A stretch of DNA of 63,282 nucleotides, filler included, from Chiloscyllium plagiosum (Eukaryota), in assembly GCF_004010195.1 (NCBI RefSeq). It is 3 parts of one record of this genome, joined end to end, with 100 filler letters (N's around TTAATTAATTAA, not from the genome) between each part and the next. Parts side by side here need not be neighbours in the genome. Positions count along the whole stretch, not along the records: positions 21,462 to 49,829 come from NC_057713.1; 2 more parts are not named here. One strand, written 5' to 3'. Below are positions 25,949 to 38,367 of this stretch, piece after piece. The translations under genes were made by a program, and so were the position numbers. Within the stretch, counting starts at the first letter, position 1. Every line of letters starts with the position of its first letter. A model generated the notes under the pieces. It had not been told where the DNA came from and searched no databases. It saw only the letters and a list, made by a program, of their open reading frames with translations.

Positions 25949-26239
25949 ACAGTAATGACTAAGTTATAAAAATGATTAATGATAATCTAAAAAATAAAGA
26001 ATAAGCAACTTTTTAACTGTTATTTTATACAATTCTTTGTTGTAACATGTATATACAACAAACTTGGTGTTTTAAAAAAGTTGCTTGCTCATGTCTCAGC
26101 TCATCTGACTCATACAAATGCTACAAATGGAATAAATCTGTTAAATGAACAAGTATACATCACTCTTGAGTTGTCTTTTTATCCAATATAACTATAAAGA
26201 CATATCTTTTAAATTCTAAAAATATGCAAGATGGTGATG

Positions 26240-26562
26240 GCGGCATGGTGGTTAGCACTGCTGTCTCACAGCACCAGGGACCCGGGTTCAATTCCAGCCT
26301 TGGGTGACTGTCTGTGTAAAGTTTGCACATTCTCCCTATGTCTGTGTGGGTTTCCTCTGGGTGCTCAAGTTTCTTCCCCCAGTCCAAAGATGTGTAGGTT
26401 AGGTGAATTGGACAAGCTAAATTGCCCATAGTGTTCTGGGATGTATAGGTTAGGTGGATTAGTCAGAGAAAAATGTAGGGTAATGGGTCTGGGTGGGATA
26501 TTGTTTGGTGGACTTGTTGGGCCAAAGGGCCTGTTTCCGTACTGTACGGATTCTAATTCTAA
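26240..26562 (+). mobile_element. tRNA-derived SINE (HE1-like)
   Basis: Similar to 7032-7354. Confidence 0.9.
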
Positions 26563-27330
26563 GACTTATAATAGATTTTCTTGCATATGCATCATCTCTG
26601 TGTTTTATAAATGATTGTTAGCATCAAGGAAAAGAGTGGCAATTCTAGTGAGTCATGGTAGAAAAGGTTGTTATCCTTCAAATAGCAATGTCACAAGTAA
26701 TGCTTATATTTATTTTCCTGGTGTAGCAACATGAGACCAGTGCACAATTAAGGTATCTTTATAAATCTACCATAATTTTGTTCCAGTGCACAGTCTCCAC
26801 TGTAATGTTGCATAATGTAAACTATGCATCTGATTTTTTTCACTGATCAGGAAGAAATATATCAGTGCTGAGGAAATTAAACATATTTCACTTACAGTAT
26901 TGAGTTGCAAACTCCAATGCTTCCTATTCTCAGGAACTTCACTTAAATGTTGACAGATTTGCAATGTCTTTCACACAATATTTGCTGCTTTTCTTTTAAC
27001 AGTGCCAGGTCAGGGTGGATTAAGGTGTGGATTAGATGTGAGGAGGAATTTTATAACATTTAGTTCTCAGCTAAGGCATTCATGAGAGAAAAACATGAAG
27101 TGCAAATCTGGAACTTTGGCTTTAAATCCCTATGCTGTCTGATACATTTAAATTTATTAAATTAACTATTAATTTATTAAGTGACTTTACCACAAGAAGT
27201 AAATCCCACTCTGTCACAATATGTTGTTGAACTGTGAATCCAGAGTAATATGATGTTTATTACCAATGTGTTCATTTGTTACAGATATATGTATATAAGC
27301 GCAATCTAACATTGAGAGTTTAATTGAATA

Positions 27331-27571
27331 TTCTGGATCAGTGGTGCTGGAAGAGCACAGCAATTCAGGCAGCATCCGATGAGCATCCCACACCCACCCT
27401 CCTCTACCTTATCTCTCCACGCTTCAGGCTCTCTGCCTTTATTCCTGATGAAGGGTTTTTGCCCGAAACGACGATTTTGCTGCTCGTCGGATGCTGCCTG
27501 AATTGGTGTGCTCTTCCAGCACCACTGATCCAGAATCTGGTTTCCAGCATCTGCAGTCATTGTCTTTAACC
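27331..27571. mobile_element. Palindromic Penelope-type short element (family B) with 14 bp TSD
   Basis: 27331-27380 is the reverse complement of ~27486-27535. Exact agtttaattgaata at 27317-27330 and 27572-27585. Hammerhead core at 27441-27476. Confidence 0.85.
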
Positions 27572-27689
27572 AGTTTAATTGAATAGTTCATCAAACGAAG
27601 TGACATTATCAATGCTGTACTAGTCATTCAAGGTTTCTAAGGTGGCTTTAACTAATAGGACCTTTTCAATCTTATCCTGTGATGAACCA

Positions 27690-27890
27690 TTGTGCTGGAA
27701 CTGGTGGTGAAGAAGACAGATAGAAGTTGATAGACTCTTGACTAATAAGGATGTGTGTTGGGACAGGTCAAAGGATATTGAGGCAAAGCAGGAAAGTGAA
27801 GATGAGGCCACAAACTGATCAATCACAATCTTATTAAATGGCAGAGTGAGTCACGAGAGGCCAACTGGCCTTCTCCTCCTCCTAATCCAT
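27690..27890 (+). mobile_element. CR1 3' end fragment
   Basis: agacagatagaagttgatagactcttg..ggcc..ctcct tail like 23190-23370 and 45090-45250. Confidence 0.6.
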
Positions 27891-28539
27891 TCACATATAC
27901 TCAGCTTTTTACTACATTGGGACACTGGTCATCACCAGTGTTTTGTGAATTTGTGAACCTACAGATGTCATGCCCCAGGTTCATCTGCTCAACCTCTGTT
28001 TAAAGAACCATCCACACCACTTGCTTCTGTATATCTGAAGCTCAGATATATTCACTTAGAGAAATCCAAATGAATGGGTGAGGTGATTCAAAGACCATCA
28101 AGGAAGCAAGGCACAGTTACAAGTCCCAGGTAAAATACATGTGCTATGTTCTCACTGCAAGCAGGTCAAGAAGGGCTATGACCACTGTGCAGTAATTGAG
28201 ACCAATAGGGGAAAATGCCAGGAAAAAAAATTTGATGAAAATCAGGAGTTAATTTAGACTGTGAAGTCAGACTCCTAGGATAAGCTGCAACATAGAATGC
28301 AAATTCTCATTTGCAATGACACACTTTATCTCTATTGCAAAGACTATCAGAGTTTATGGTAGCATCATCAAATTTCACTTTATCCACAATGGCCTCCACC
28401 ATTGAAAAAAAACACTGAAATTCACATAGCCATGGGAGGTGTGCTGAAGAGTTGGAAATATGGAGCATCCTAAATATAACATTTAGACCATGTTTGTTAC
28501 AACCCTGCTGAAGTCTGTATGGTCTTTTAGTATGTGATA

Positions 28540-29585
28540 GTTATCAATCTGCAAGACTTGGACAGTATCCAGGATTGGACTGATAAATGGCAAGTGACAT
28601 TCGTGCCAAACAAGTTCCAGGTAATGACCATCTCCACCAACAGGGAATTTAGATATTATCCTTTGATAACTCCTATTTGTTATGGTCTTGTCAGGAGGTA
28701 TATATTTAAGGGAAAGGGCAAAGTGTTTAGAGGCGATATGAGCATATGGGAGTCTGGAACTCAAGGGTAGTAGAGGCAGAAACCCTCATAACATTTAAGG
28801 TACATTTAGATTTAGATTCTTTATTTAGATTTATACCTGTGATGTAAAGGTATAGAGGCCATGGGCAAAATTGAAATGGAGGAGTGAGGTGGCTGTTTCT
28901 CTCCAGTGCATTCCAGGGGTTGAAGGGCCAATGTATACACTGTCAACCTCTATGATATTCAATGGCATTACAATCACTGAGTATCCCGCTATCAACATGC
29001 TGCAGCATTGCATTGACCAGAACTGAACTGGACTGGCTGTATAAAATAAATTGGCTACAAGAGCAGATCTGAAATAAGGAATCCTGCAGCATGTGACTTA
29101 CTTTCTGACTTCCCACAATTGCCTACAAGACACAACTCAAGAGTGTCAGAATACTCCCCACTTACCTGGATGAGTGCATTTCTAACAACACTCAAGAAGC
29201 TTGATACCATCCAGAACCAAGCAGCCTGCTTGATTGGCACCACATCTGTAAGTGTTCACTCCTTCCACTGCAAATTAGGAGTAGCGTGTCCCATCTACAA
29301 CATGCCCTGCAGAAATTCATCAGTCTTCCGTAGATAGCACTTCCATAAAACCATAACCACTACCATGAAAAAGTACTAAGAAACATCACGAGCAAGTTCC
29401 CTCCAAGCTACTCATTATCTTGGTTTGGAAATATGTCACTGCTCCTTCACTGTCATTAGGTCTAACGGACTACATTTCAATTCAAAAAGGCAATTCATCA
29501 TCATCTTCTCAAGGGCAACTAGGGATGAGCAGTGAATGCGGGTTCAGCAGTGATGCCCCATATTCATGAGTGAATAATAAAATAA
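28540..29585 (+). mobile_element. CR1/L2-group LINE 3' portion with an internal CR1 fragment
   Basis: LQDLDSIQDWTDKWQVTFVPNK and SEYSPLTWMSAFLTTLKKLDTIQNQAACLIG; ends tgaataataaaataaaa. Confidence 0.75.
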
Positions 29586-31399
29586 AATCTGATGTTCAGT
29601 GGATGAATGCTTCCAGAACCCATTGTAATGGTGCTGGATAGCCCATCTTGCTGATTATTTGGCTACTGCTGTTTGTGGGTCAAACCACCAAGTATTTGAC
29701 TTCAGAGTATCAGAAGAGTGGTACATGGAAGGTTACATCAAGATTCATCAGCTTCACAGATGCAGTCAGAAATTTCCTGATAGAAGTAAGCCACCGTGAT
29801 GGAATACTAGCACAATCCTAAGATCTGTTTGCAATAATGGCTCTCACATCTCACCTAAGACTGAATGGTTTGTTCCTGCTCCAAGTACTATGCTCCGATA
29901 TTCTTTTGTTTTATAGGTACAGAAATATATTGGAATCTGTTTTCTATTCATTTATGTGATGTGGGCAATTCTGGCTTAGCCAGCATCTATTGATGCTGTT
30001 TTCTTGAACCGCTGCAGTCTTATTAAGATGGAAGGTGTTAGAAAAAAAAACTTGCATACCTTGGACTTAATTGTAATAAAACAGATAGCACACCAACATC
30101 ACCATTTGCTTTTTGTGATGGTAGGTGTATTTGACTTAGTGATGACTAGTTGGCAAGATCATATGGAGCTGACGTGTTGTTGTGTTGTGTGATTTTGAGT
30201 AGGTTGCAAGACTGTCAATATCCATGTCAACAGAAGGCAAGGTTTTTTTTGGAAGTCATTGTTGAACTCATTTCTATCCCTAACCTGTTTGATGGGGACA
30301 AGAAATGGTAAAACTTTTTAAAAAGACTGTGTTGAAATGACAACTTGGAATGCATCACAGTTGGGACAGACTGCGAAGGAACATATGGGAAATTAAATTA
30401 ATGAACATACGGGAAATTACATAATGTCAGAAAACATGCAGAATGGCTTCTGCATGGATCTTCATCAAATAAATGAAAAAGCATTTGCTTTGATTATAGG
30501 TTGAAATGCAAAAAAAAAAGCATGTTAAGCCTCTGCATTTATAATTTATAATGTAGAGGGACTTCTTTAGCACCCCCATTCTCATGGAGAAATGCAGCAG
30601 TGGCCCAGCATCATATAAAGAGTTTATAACATTGTATAGATTTGTACCATTCAGGAAGGGAGATTATTGGAATTTTGCTAAACATTTCATGAAACTTCAG
30701 GAGCTTAACAAGAATATTATAGAATTGTCTCAGGGCATAATAAATAATGCAATAGATTCTTACAACTTAAGCCAATAATATTTTAGTAAATAATAGCTAA
30801 AATAGAATATTGAAAGTCACAGTTCATCATCATGAGTTGCTGTGAGCTCTAGTAAACTACAAAGGTGTTGTTGTGTCCTCCATGCAGTGTGCAAGATGGA
30901 AGCTTCCTACTCATCTCTGAGTACACTGCACAGATTTATGTGATTGGATCTGAGCTAATTATTTTTTTTCAAATCAAGTCATAACCCATCTTCAAGATTG
31001 TAAAAATGATCTGCTTAGCTGGCAGCCAATGCTTTAAGAAGATTAACTACTTGACAACCGCTTGCTACTGCTGTGTTATGTTAAAAACCAATTATCATTT
31101 GTCTCCATGAACGCTCACAGGCAGCATAACTAAAATTTGCCAAATCGTTCTTCTGTCATGTTGTTGCATATTTCCTATCCATCTGCCAGCCAACACAGGC
31201 TGTTATTTAATAGGAAGGAAGTGATGTTACTGCTACTGAGAACTGGTTTTATTTGTTTACACATGACAAAGTACATTAATTGAATTAGCAAAGTTAGACC
31301 ATGAGTTAAACTGATATTACTATTAAATTAATATACTACTTCATGACTTCCGGTCACCAAATCGGCATGGATCTGAGCTGTAGAGACAGTCAATAACTG

Positions 31400-31830
31400 A
31401 CATATGGTACTGAGAATCTTAAACCAGTACCAGAGAAGTGTCAATGATCTCCAAACTTCTAGCACAAAATGTCTCCAGCAATCCATATCTAGTCGCTATG
31501 CTGTCCAATCTCTGTAACATTCCTATGTCCAGGCTCGTCTCTGACTCTCATAGACAAACCTTCTTGTCATGCACATTCCTTTCTCTACCCTTCACCCTAA
31601 TCTCCAACTCAACCAACAGCTCTCACACTTATGCATATTGTCCTTTCACACCCATTCCCCATAACTTCCTAATCAAATGTTCATTCTGCACCCTCACCAA
31701 TCACCTTCTCACAACTCTCCCTGCCTTTCCTCGCTGCAAGAGAAGACCGCATACCGGAGAACTGGAGAAATTTCAAGAATGGCTATCTTATTGTGACAGA
31801 AGAGGACATTCTGGAGATCATCATGGTGAT
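31400..31830 (+). mobile_element. Possible relic of a Harbinger Myb/SANT-like gene (intron plus second exon)
   Basis: Long C/A/T-rich tract ending tgcaag|AGAAGACCGCATAC.., then a frameshifted EKTA..IVTEEDILEII-like peptide. Recognised by eye only. Confidence 0.3.
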
Positions 31831-33010
31831 AGCGTCTCAACACCTTCTATGCTCGCTTTGAGCGGAATTTCGGTGAAGAGGTAACATATATTCTGACAAG
31901 TCCTGACGAGCCTATCCCAACAGTCACTGCATCAGAGGTCAGATCAGTTTACCCACTCATTGACTCCAGTTCAGCCTTCAACACTATTATCCTCTCGAGA
32001 TGGATTACTAAATTTAGTGATCTTGGACTGTCCCACTCTGCAACTGGATCCTCAGTTTCCTGACCCACAGGCCACAATCACTGAAGATTGGGGACAATAT
32101 TTCATCCTCACTAATACTCAACACTGGAGCCTCCCCACGGGTGAGTACTCAGCCCCTACTGTACTCACTGTATACCATTGCCAAATACCAGACTAATGCC
32201 ATTTACAAGTTTGCTGATGACACTATCAAAGTCGGTTGAATCTCAAATGGCGGTGAAACAGACTACAGACTGGAAGTGGAAGACTTGGAAAAATGGTGCC
32301 GGCAAAACCAAGGACTCATGATCGACTTTTGGCCGGATGTTACTCATGCCCTCCTACACATTAACAGCACAGAGGTGGAACAAGTGGAGAGTGACAAGCT
32401 CCTGGGAGTGGTCATCCACAACAAGCTTCCTTGGATTTTCATGTGGATGCACTGGTTACAAAGGCCCAAAAATGTCTCTTCTTCCTCAGGCAGCTGAGAA
32501 AATTTGGCATCTCGGTGAATACTCTTGCCAATTTTTATAGGTGTGCCATCGAGAGCATTCTGTCTGGATGTATCACTATCTGGTCTGGCAACTGTACCAT
32601 TCAAGATTGGAGATGGTTATAAAAAGTGGTGAACTCGGCCCAGACAAACACAAAGGCCAACCTCCCATATATAGAATCCATCTACCAGGCCTGCTGTGAA
32701 GGAAAGGCCACAGGATTCTCAAAGATCCATCCCACCCTGGCAACCGCTACCATCAGAAAGAAGGTACAGAAGCCTGAACACATGCACCAGTCAGTTTGGT
32801 AACACTTTCTACCCTACTGTTTTTAGAATATTGCATAGACTCACAAACTCTTAACATTCGCCTGTATCTGTGTTTTGTTTTTGCCATTGTTTACCTATTA
32901 TTTACTTATCTATGCGACTTAACTCTGTGATCTGCCTGTATTGCTCACAAGACAAAGCTTTTCACTGTGCCTCAGTACATATGACAATAAATTCAATTCA
33001 AATTCAAACT
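31830..33010 (+). mobile_element. Rex1/Babar-clade LINE, internally deleted
   Basis: YKFADDT, HVDALVTKAQKCLFFLRQLRKFG and NFYRCAIESILSGCITIWSGN; tail gacaataaattcaattcaaattcaaa. Confidence 0.88.
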
Positions 33011-33849
33011 CAGATGAGTTCTTATGACAGCATTAGATATCACACTACCATAAGTGGCACTTAAATGTCGCTCATGTTTGCTCAATGCGATCAATACATT
33101 AAAACACATGAATTGCAACGTGTTAACCTGTAACACTGTTTCAACTAAGTTTAGCACCAACTCATCTCTCCCATGGATGTTGCCACCAGAAGAGATGAGT
33201 AGTGAGCTGAGGGGTCTTCAGAGGAGAACCAGTTCTATGAGGATTTGCTGTCACACAATTCCTGGGCACATCTGTGTGGTTAGGGATGTTCCCCTCAGTG
33301 GGTCTGACATCGCAGGGCATTGTGTGGCAAAATCACCACATCTATCACCTAGAAGGACAAGGGTGGCAGATGCATGGGAGCACCACCACCATCATCCATG
33401 CAATCCACATAGCATCTTGACGTCAACCTATATCACTGATCCTTCACTATTGCTCAATCAAAGTGGTGAAATCTCCTTCAACAGCACTGATGGTGTCCCT
33501 CTGCCTTCAGAAGGCAGCTTACCCAACTCCTTATCAAGAGCACTTAAGGATGGACAATAAATCCTGGCCTGGCCGGGGGATGCTTACATCCCATGAATCA
33601 ATAAACGAAACAAAAAAGCAGATTGAGGAGCACATTTATATGAAACGTAAGAACAAATGAACAAGGACAGCAGTGGATGATCTCCATCAAAGAGAGGTGG
33701 GCTCTTCAAACTCTACACAACTGGACTCAAATGCTGTTCCTTGTGGGTCATGCACTGAACGGGAGCTCATGGACTAGTAAAAGTGCAAGTTCTGCCATTA
33801 GGTCATCCAGAGACAATCATGTGCTGATGTCTCAGATATTTGTTTTAGT

Positions 33850-34330
33850 GCTTGAGAATGTAGAGACATCAGACCAAGGAGCAAGAATAGGCCATTCAAC
33901 AGTTCAAATCTGCCCTATTATTCCATTGAATCATGATTATCTGAATGTTGTCTCAACTGCAATTTCCTGCCTGCATCCCATAATCCTTGACTCCTTTGTC
34001 TATCAAAAATCTATCTAGCACTGTTTTGAATACACTTAAAGAACTGGACTCCACTACGTTCCAGAGAAGAAAATTACACACTCAAATATCCTTTCTGAGA
34101 GGAAAAAAATCCTTATTTCTATCTTAAAAGGGAGACTTATTAAAGTCTGACTCCTAGTTTTGGTCTCCCCAAGACTGGAAATATCCTCCAGATATCCAAC
34201 ACATCCAGTCCTTTAAAAAATTTATATGTTATAGCAAGATTGCTGCTTATTTTTCTAATCTCTAATGGATGTAAACTTAACCTAGTCAACATTTCTTCGT
34301 AAGGTAATGTCTTCATCCCAGGAATTAATT
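33850..34330 (-). mobile_element. CR1 3' fragment
   Basis: agaccaaggagcaagaataggccattc.. tail related to 21100-21361 and 41200-41540. Confidence 0.7.
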
Positions 34331-34959
34331 AATTGCTTCCATTGAAAAAGTGGGCAAACATCAAGGAATCTCAAATACCACAAACTACCAAGTACAGCAA
34401 ATACACACCACTGGCCTGTACACTCTGGCTAACAGTTGATGCAATATGGGTTAAAATCACCTTGCTTTGGTAGCCAATTGCTCTCTCACGTAGAGAGACA
34501 AAGAGAGAGAAAAGATGGGGAAAGAGTGACAACTTGTGTTGGCTTTATCTCAAGGCATCTCCACATCACAGCCCATGCCCTCCCCCTGCAGCTTCTATCT
34601 CCTGCCCATGGCAAAATTTACTATTGCCCAGGGAAAAGTGGAACAGTCTTTGACAGAGGCCTTGTAGGTTCTCATTTACCATGACCAGCTTCATGTAGTA
34701 AATGAAATAAGGAATGGCATTGATGAGGTGGTAATGCAGTGAATAGAATTCTTGGCTTGGTGACTGTAAGGAGGGAGTAATGAGGGATGTTTTTGTTGTG
34801 AGGAAATGCTGTGAGCACATATTTACAATGAAACATGTTTGAATGAGGGCTTCTCTGGCAGGCAAGTCAGCAGCTCTTAGCTTGAACAATACACCATGAT
34901 GCTCTTCCACTTCCACTTCCTCCTTCTATGATCAACATGAAACACTTTCAAGCCTCGTC

Positions 34960-35560
34960 TGTGTCAAAACATCTATAGCCAGTCCCTTAGATTCCGTCGT
35001 CTCTAAACCTGAGATGACTCAAAACTTACAGTCAAATCTTACCAAGTTCCACTCACTTATCATCCCTGTACTCACGGACTGACTCTGTCAAGTATCATCT
35101 TGATTTAAAAATTCTTATCCTTGTTTTCAATTCTTTCGCAGCCTCACCCTTCCCTCTGGCTGGAATCATCTGTAACCTTTGAGTTATTGGCATTGAAGTA
35201 ATTCTTTACATTACAATGTCCATCTCAGAAATGAGCCTTTTGACCCAACCCGTCAAGTTGCCATTTATTCGTCAATCAGTCTTGCTCTTATATTTCCTCA
35301 TCTAAATTCATCAGTGAAATCTGCTTATCCATTGTCTCTCTTGCATGTACCTTTTGTTAACTTCTCCACTGATGCTGGTTATACATTTTGTTGCCTATGG
35401 TCTGGAATTCTCTTCCTTCTGCATTTTCCGCTTTTAAGATACTCCATAAAATTTACTTCTTTAGACAAATTTCTTTGTCATGTTTTGTTTTATGATATTC
35501 CTGCGAAGGGCCTAGGAATGTTTTGTTACATGTAAGATGCTTTACATTAATAAATAAGTG
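34960..35560 (+). mobile_element. L2 LINE 3' remnant
   Basis: accaagttccactcacttatcatccctgtactc..gatttaaaaattcttatccttgttttcaa (HIIPVL..KILILVF) and an L2-like terminal block. Confidence 0.6.
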
Positions 35561-35692
35561 GCTTTACAGTTCAAAATTCAGTTGTGGGCTGCAGAATGGG
35601 AGATTCTACTGGTGTCACCAATTGGCCCATGGGTGGAGCTGATATGTAAATGGGTGTGGTCACCTTGACAGTCATTGACGATATGTAAAAAG

Positions 35693-38055
35693 GTAAAAGC
35701 AATGACTGCAGATGCTGGGAACCAGATTCTGGATTAGTGGTGCTGGAAGAGCACAGCAGTTCAGGCAGCATCCGAGGAGAAGTAAGATCGACGTTTCGGG
35801 CAAAAACCCTTCATCAGGAATACAGGCAGAGAACCTGAAGCATGAAGAGATAAGCTAGAGGAGGGTGGAGGTGAGGAGAATGTAGGATAGAGTACAATAA
35901 CTGAGTGGGGGAGGGGATGAAGGTGATAGGTCGGGGGCGGGGAGGTGGAGTGGATAGGTGGAAAGGAAGATNNNNNNNNNNNNNNNNNNNNNNNNNNNNN
36001 NNNNNNNNNNNNNNNNNNNNNNNNNNNNNNNNNNNNNNNNNNNNNNNNNNNNNNNNNNNNNNNNNNNNNNNNNNNNNNNNNNNNNNNNNNNNNNNNNNNN
36101 NNNNNNNNNNNNNNNNNNNNNNNNNNNNNNNNNNNNNNNNNNNNNNNNNNNNNNNNNNNNNNNNNNNNNNNNNNNNNNNNNNNNNNNNNNNNNNNNNNNN
36201 NNNNNNNNNNNNNNNNNNNNNNNNNNNNNNNNNNNNNNNNNNNNGTAGTCACGGAGGGAATGGTCTTTGTGGAAGGCAGAAAGGGGTGGGGAGGGAAATA
36301 TATCCCTGGTGGTGGGGTCTTTTTGGAGGTGGCGGAAATGTCGGCGGATGATTTGGTTTATGCGAAGGTTGGTAGGGAGGAAGGTGAGCACCAGTGGCGT
36401 TCTGTCCTTGTTATGGTTTGAGGGGTGGGGTCTAAGGGCGGAGTTGCGGGATGTGGACGAGATGCGTTGGAGGGCATCTTTAACCATGTGGGAAGGGAAA
36501 TTGCGGTCTCTAAAGAAGGAGGCCATCTGGTGTGTTCTGTAGTGGAACTGTCCTCCTGGGAGCAGATACGGCGGAGGAATTGGGAATACGGGATGGCATT
36601 TTTGCAAGAGGTAGGATGGGAAGAGGTATAATCCAGATAGCTGTGGGAGTTGGTGCATTCGTAAAAAATGTCAGTGTCAAGTCGGTCATCATTAATGGAG
36701 ATGGAGAGGTCCAGGAAGGGGAGGGAGGAGTCAGAGATGGTCCAGGTAAATTTAAGGTCAGGGTGGAATGTGTTGGTGAAGTTGATGAATTACTCAACCT
36801 CTTCGCGGGAGCACGAGGTGGCGCCAATGCAGTCATCAATGTAGCGGAGGAAGAGGTGGGGAGTCGTGCCAGTGTAGTTACAGAAGATCGACTGTTCTAC
36901 ATAGCCAACAAAGAGACAGGCATAGCTGGGGCCCATACGTGTGCCCATGGCTACCCCTTTGGTCTGGAGGAAGTGGGAGGATTTGAAGGAGAAATTATTA
37001 AGGGTGAGAACCAGTTGGACCAAACGAATGAGACTGTCGTTGGAAGGGTACTGTTGGGAACATCGGGAGAGGAAAAAACGGAGGGCTTGGAGGCCCTGAT
37101 CATGGTGGATGGAGGTGTAGAGGGATTGGATGTCCATGGTGAACATGAGGCGTTGGGGGCCGGGGAAACAGAAGTCTTGGAGGAGGTGGAGGGCGTGGGT
37201 GGTGTCTCGAACGTATGTGGAGAGTTCTTGGACTAGGGGGATAGGACAGTGTCGAGGTAGGTAGAGATGAGTTCAGTGGGGCAGGAGCATGCTAAGACAA
37301 TGGACGGTCAGGGTGGTCAGGCTTGTGGATCTTGGGAAGGAAGTAGAACCGGGCAGTGCGGGGTTCCCGGACTATGAGGTTGGACGCTGTGGGTGGAAGA
37401 TCTCCTGAGGTGATGAGGTTCTGTATGGCCTGGGAGATGATGATTTGGTGATGGGGGGTGGGGTCATGGTCGAGGGGGCAATAGGAAGAGGTGTTCTCGA
37501 GTTGGCATTTGGCTTCAGCGTTGTAGAGGTCAGTGCAACAGACTACCACTGCACCCCCTTTATCCGCTGGCTTGATGGTGAGGTTGGGATTGGAGCAGAG
37601 GGATTGGATGGCTGCGCATTGTGAGGGTGAGAGGTTAGAGTGAGGGAGGGGGGTAGACAGGTTGAGGCGGTTAAGGTCCTGGCAGCAGTTGGAAATGAAG
37701 AGGTTGAGGGCAGGTAATAGGCCAGTGTGGGGTGTCCAGGTGGATGAAGTGTGTTGGAGGTGGGTGAAGGGGGGGGGGAATGGGGGTGGAGTCATGAGCA
37801 GGGGTGGTGTTCCCCTCAGGGTTCTGGGGGCCGGGAATGGTGACAGTGGGATCTGTGGGGGCGTGTCAGCAGAATGCAGGTGAGTGGCGTTGGTGGAGGC
37901 GGAAGTGATGGCAGACACAGCAGTTGGGGTGGCGGAAGTCACTGAGCATGTGACATCAGCGATGATGAGAGGGACGGAAGTGATGTCACGTGTGATGCAT
38001 GAGGAATTGTGAGGGGCGGATGTGGTTGTGGGAGTTGCCATGATGGGGGCGGAAG
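35693..38055 (-). mobile_element. Penelope-like retroelement (RT; GIY-YIG region probably in the gap), frameshifted
   Basis: IKPADKGGAVV, FYFLPKIHKPD, FTMDIQSLYTSI, QTKGVAMGTRMGPSYACLF and FLRYIDDC. pLTR with hammerhead at 35786-35821. Candidate TSD tgacgatatgtaaaaag (35676-35692) / tgacgatatgtgacaag (38056-38072). Confidence 0.95.
35972..36244. other. Sized assembly gap (273 N)
   Basis: N run inside the Penelope element. Confidence 1.
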
Positions 38056-38147
38056 TGACGATATGTGACAAGCAGTTTCTGTTGAACAGATCAGAAACTG
38101 AGTCCACTTTGCTGAAAAACCTCCCTTTGAGGCTGCCTCAGGTTTTA

Positions 38148-38367
38148 GGAGAAAGTGAGGTCTGCAGATGCTGGAGATCAGAGCTGAAAATGTGTTGCTG
38201 GAACAGCGCAGCAGGTCAGACAGCATCCAGGGAACAGGAGAATCGACGTTTTGGGCATAAGTCCTGAACGTCGATTCCTGAAGAAGGGCTTATGCCCGAA
38301 ACGTTGATTCTCCTGTTCCCTGGATGCTGTCTGACCTGCTGCGCTGTTCCAGCAACACATTTTCAGC
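38148..38367. mobile_element. Near-perfect hairpin Penelope-type short element (family B) with 16 bp TSD
   Basis: Arms ~38182-38261 and ~38288-38368 are almost exact reverse complements. gctgcctcaggtttta at 38132-38147 and 38366-38381. Hammerhead core at 38274-38310. Confidence 0.9.

Noticed and set aside
6303..26562. tRNA-like heads with A and B boxes
   Set aside because: Each continues into the same SINE body and tail; they are SINEs, not tRNA genes.
33054..33560. 168 aa plus-strand ORF with a His run
   Set aside because: Its 3' half is a LINE tail remnant and there is no domain signature or splice support.
36532..37236. 234 aa plus-strand ORF
   Set aside because: Antisense shadow of the Penelope RT region.
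37898..38058. Spaced short repeats resembling a CRISPR array
   Set aside because: About 10 bp, degenerate, irregularly spaced, inside a Penelope ORF in vertebrate DNA, with no cas genes.
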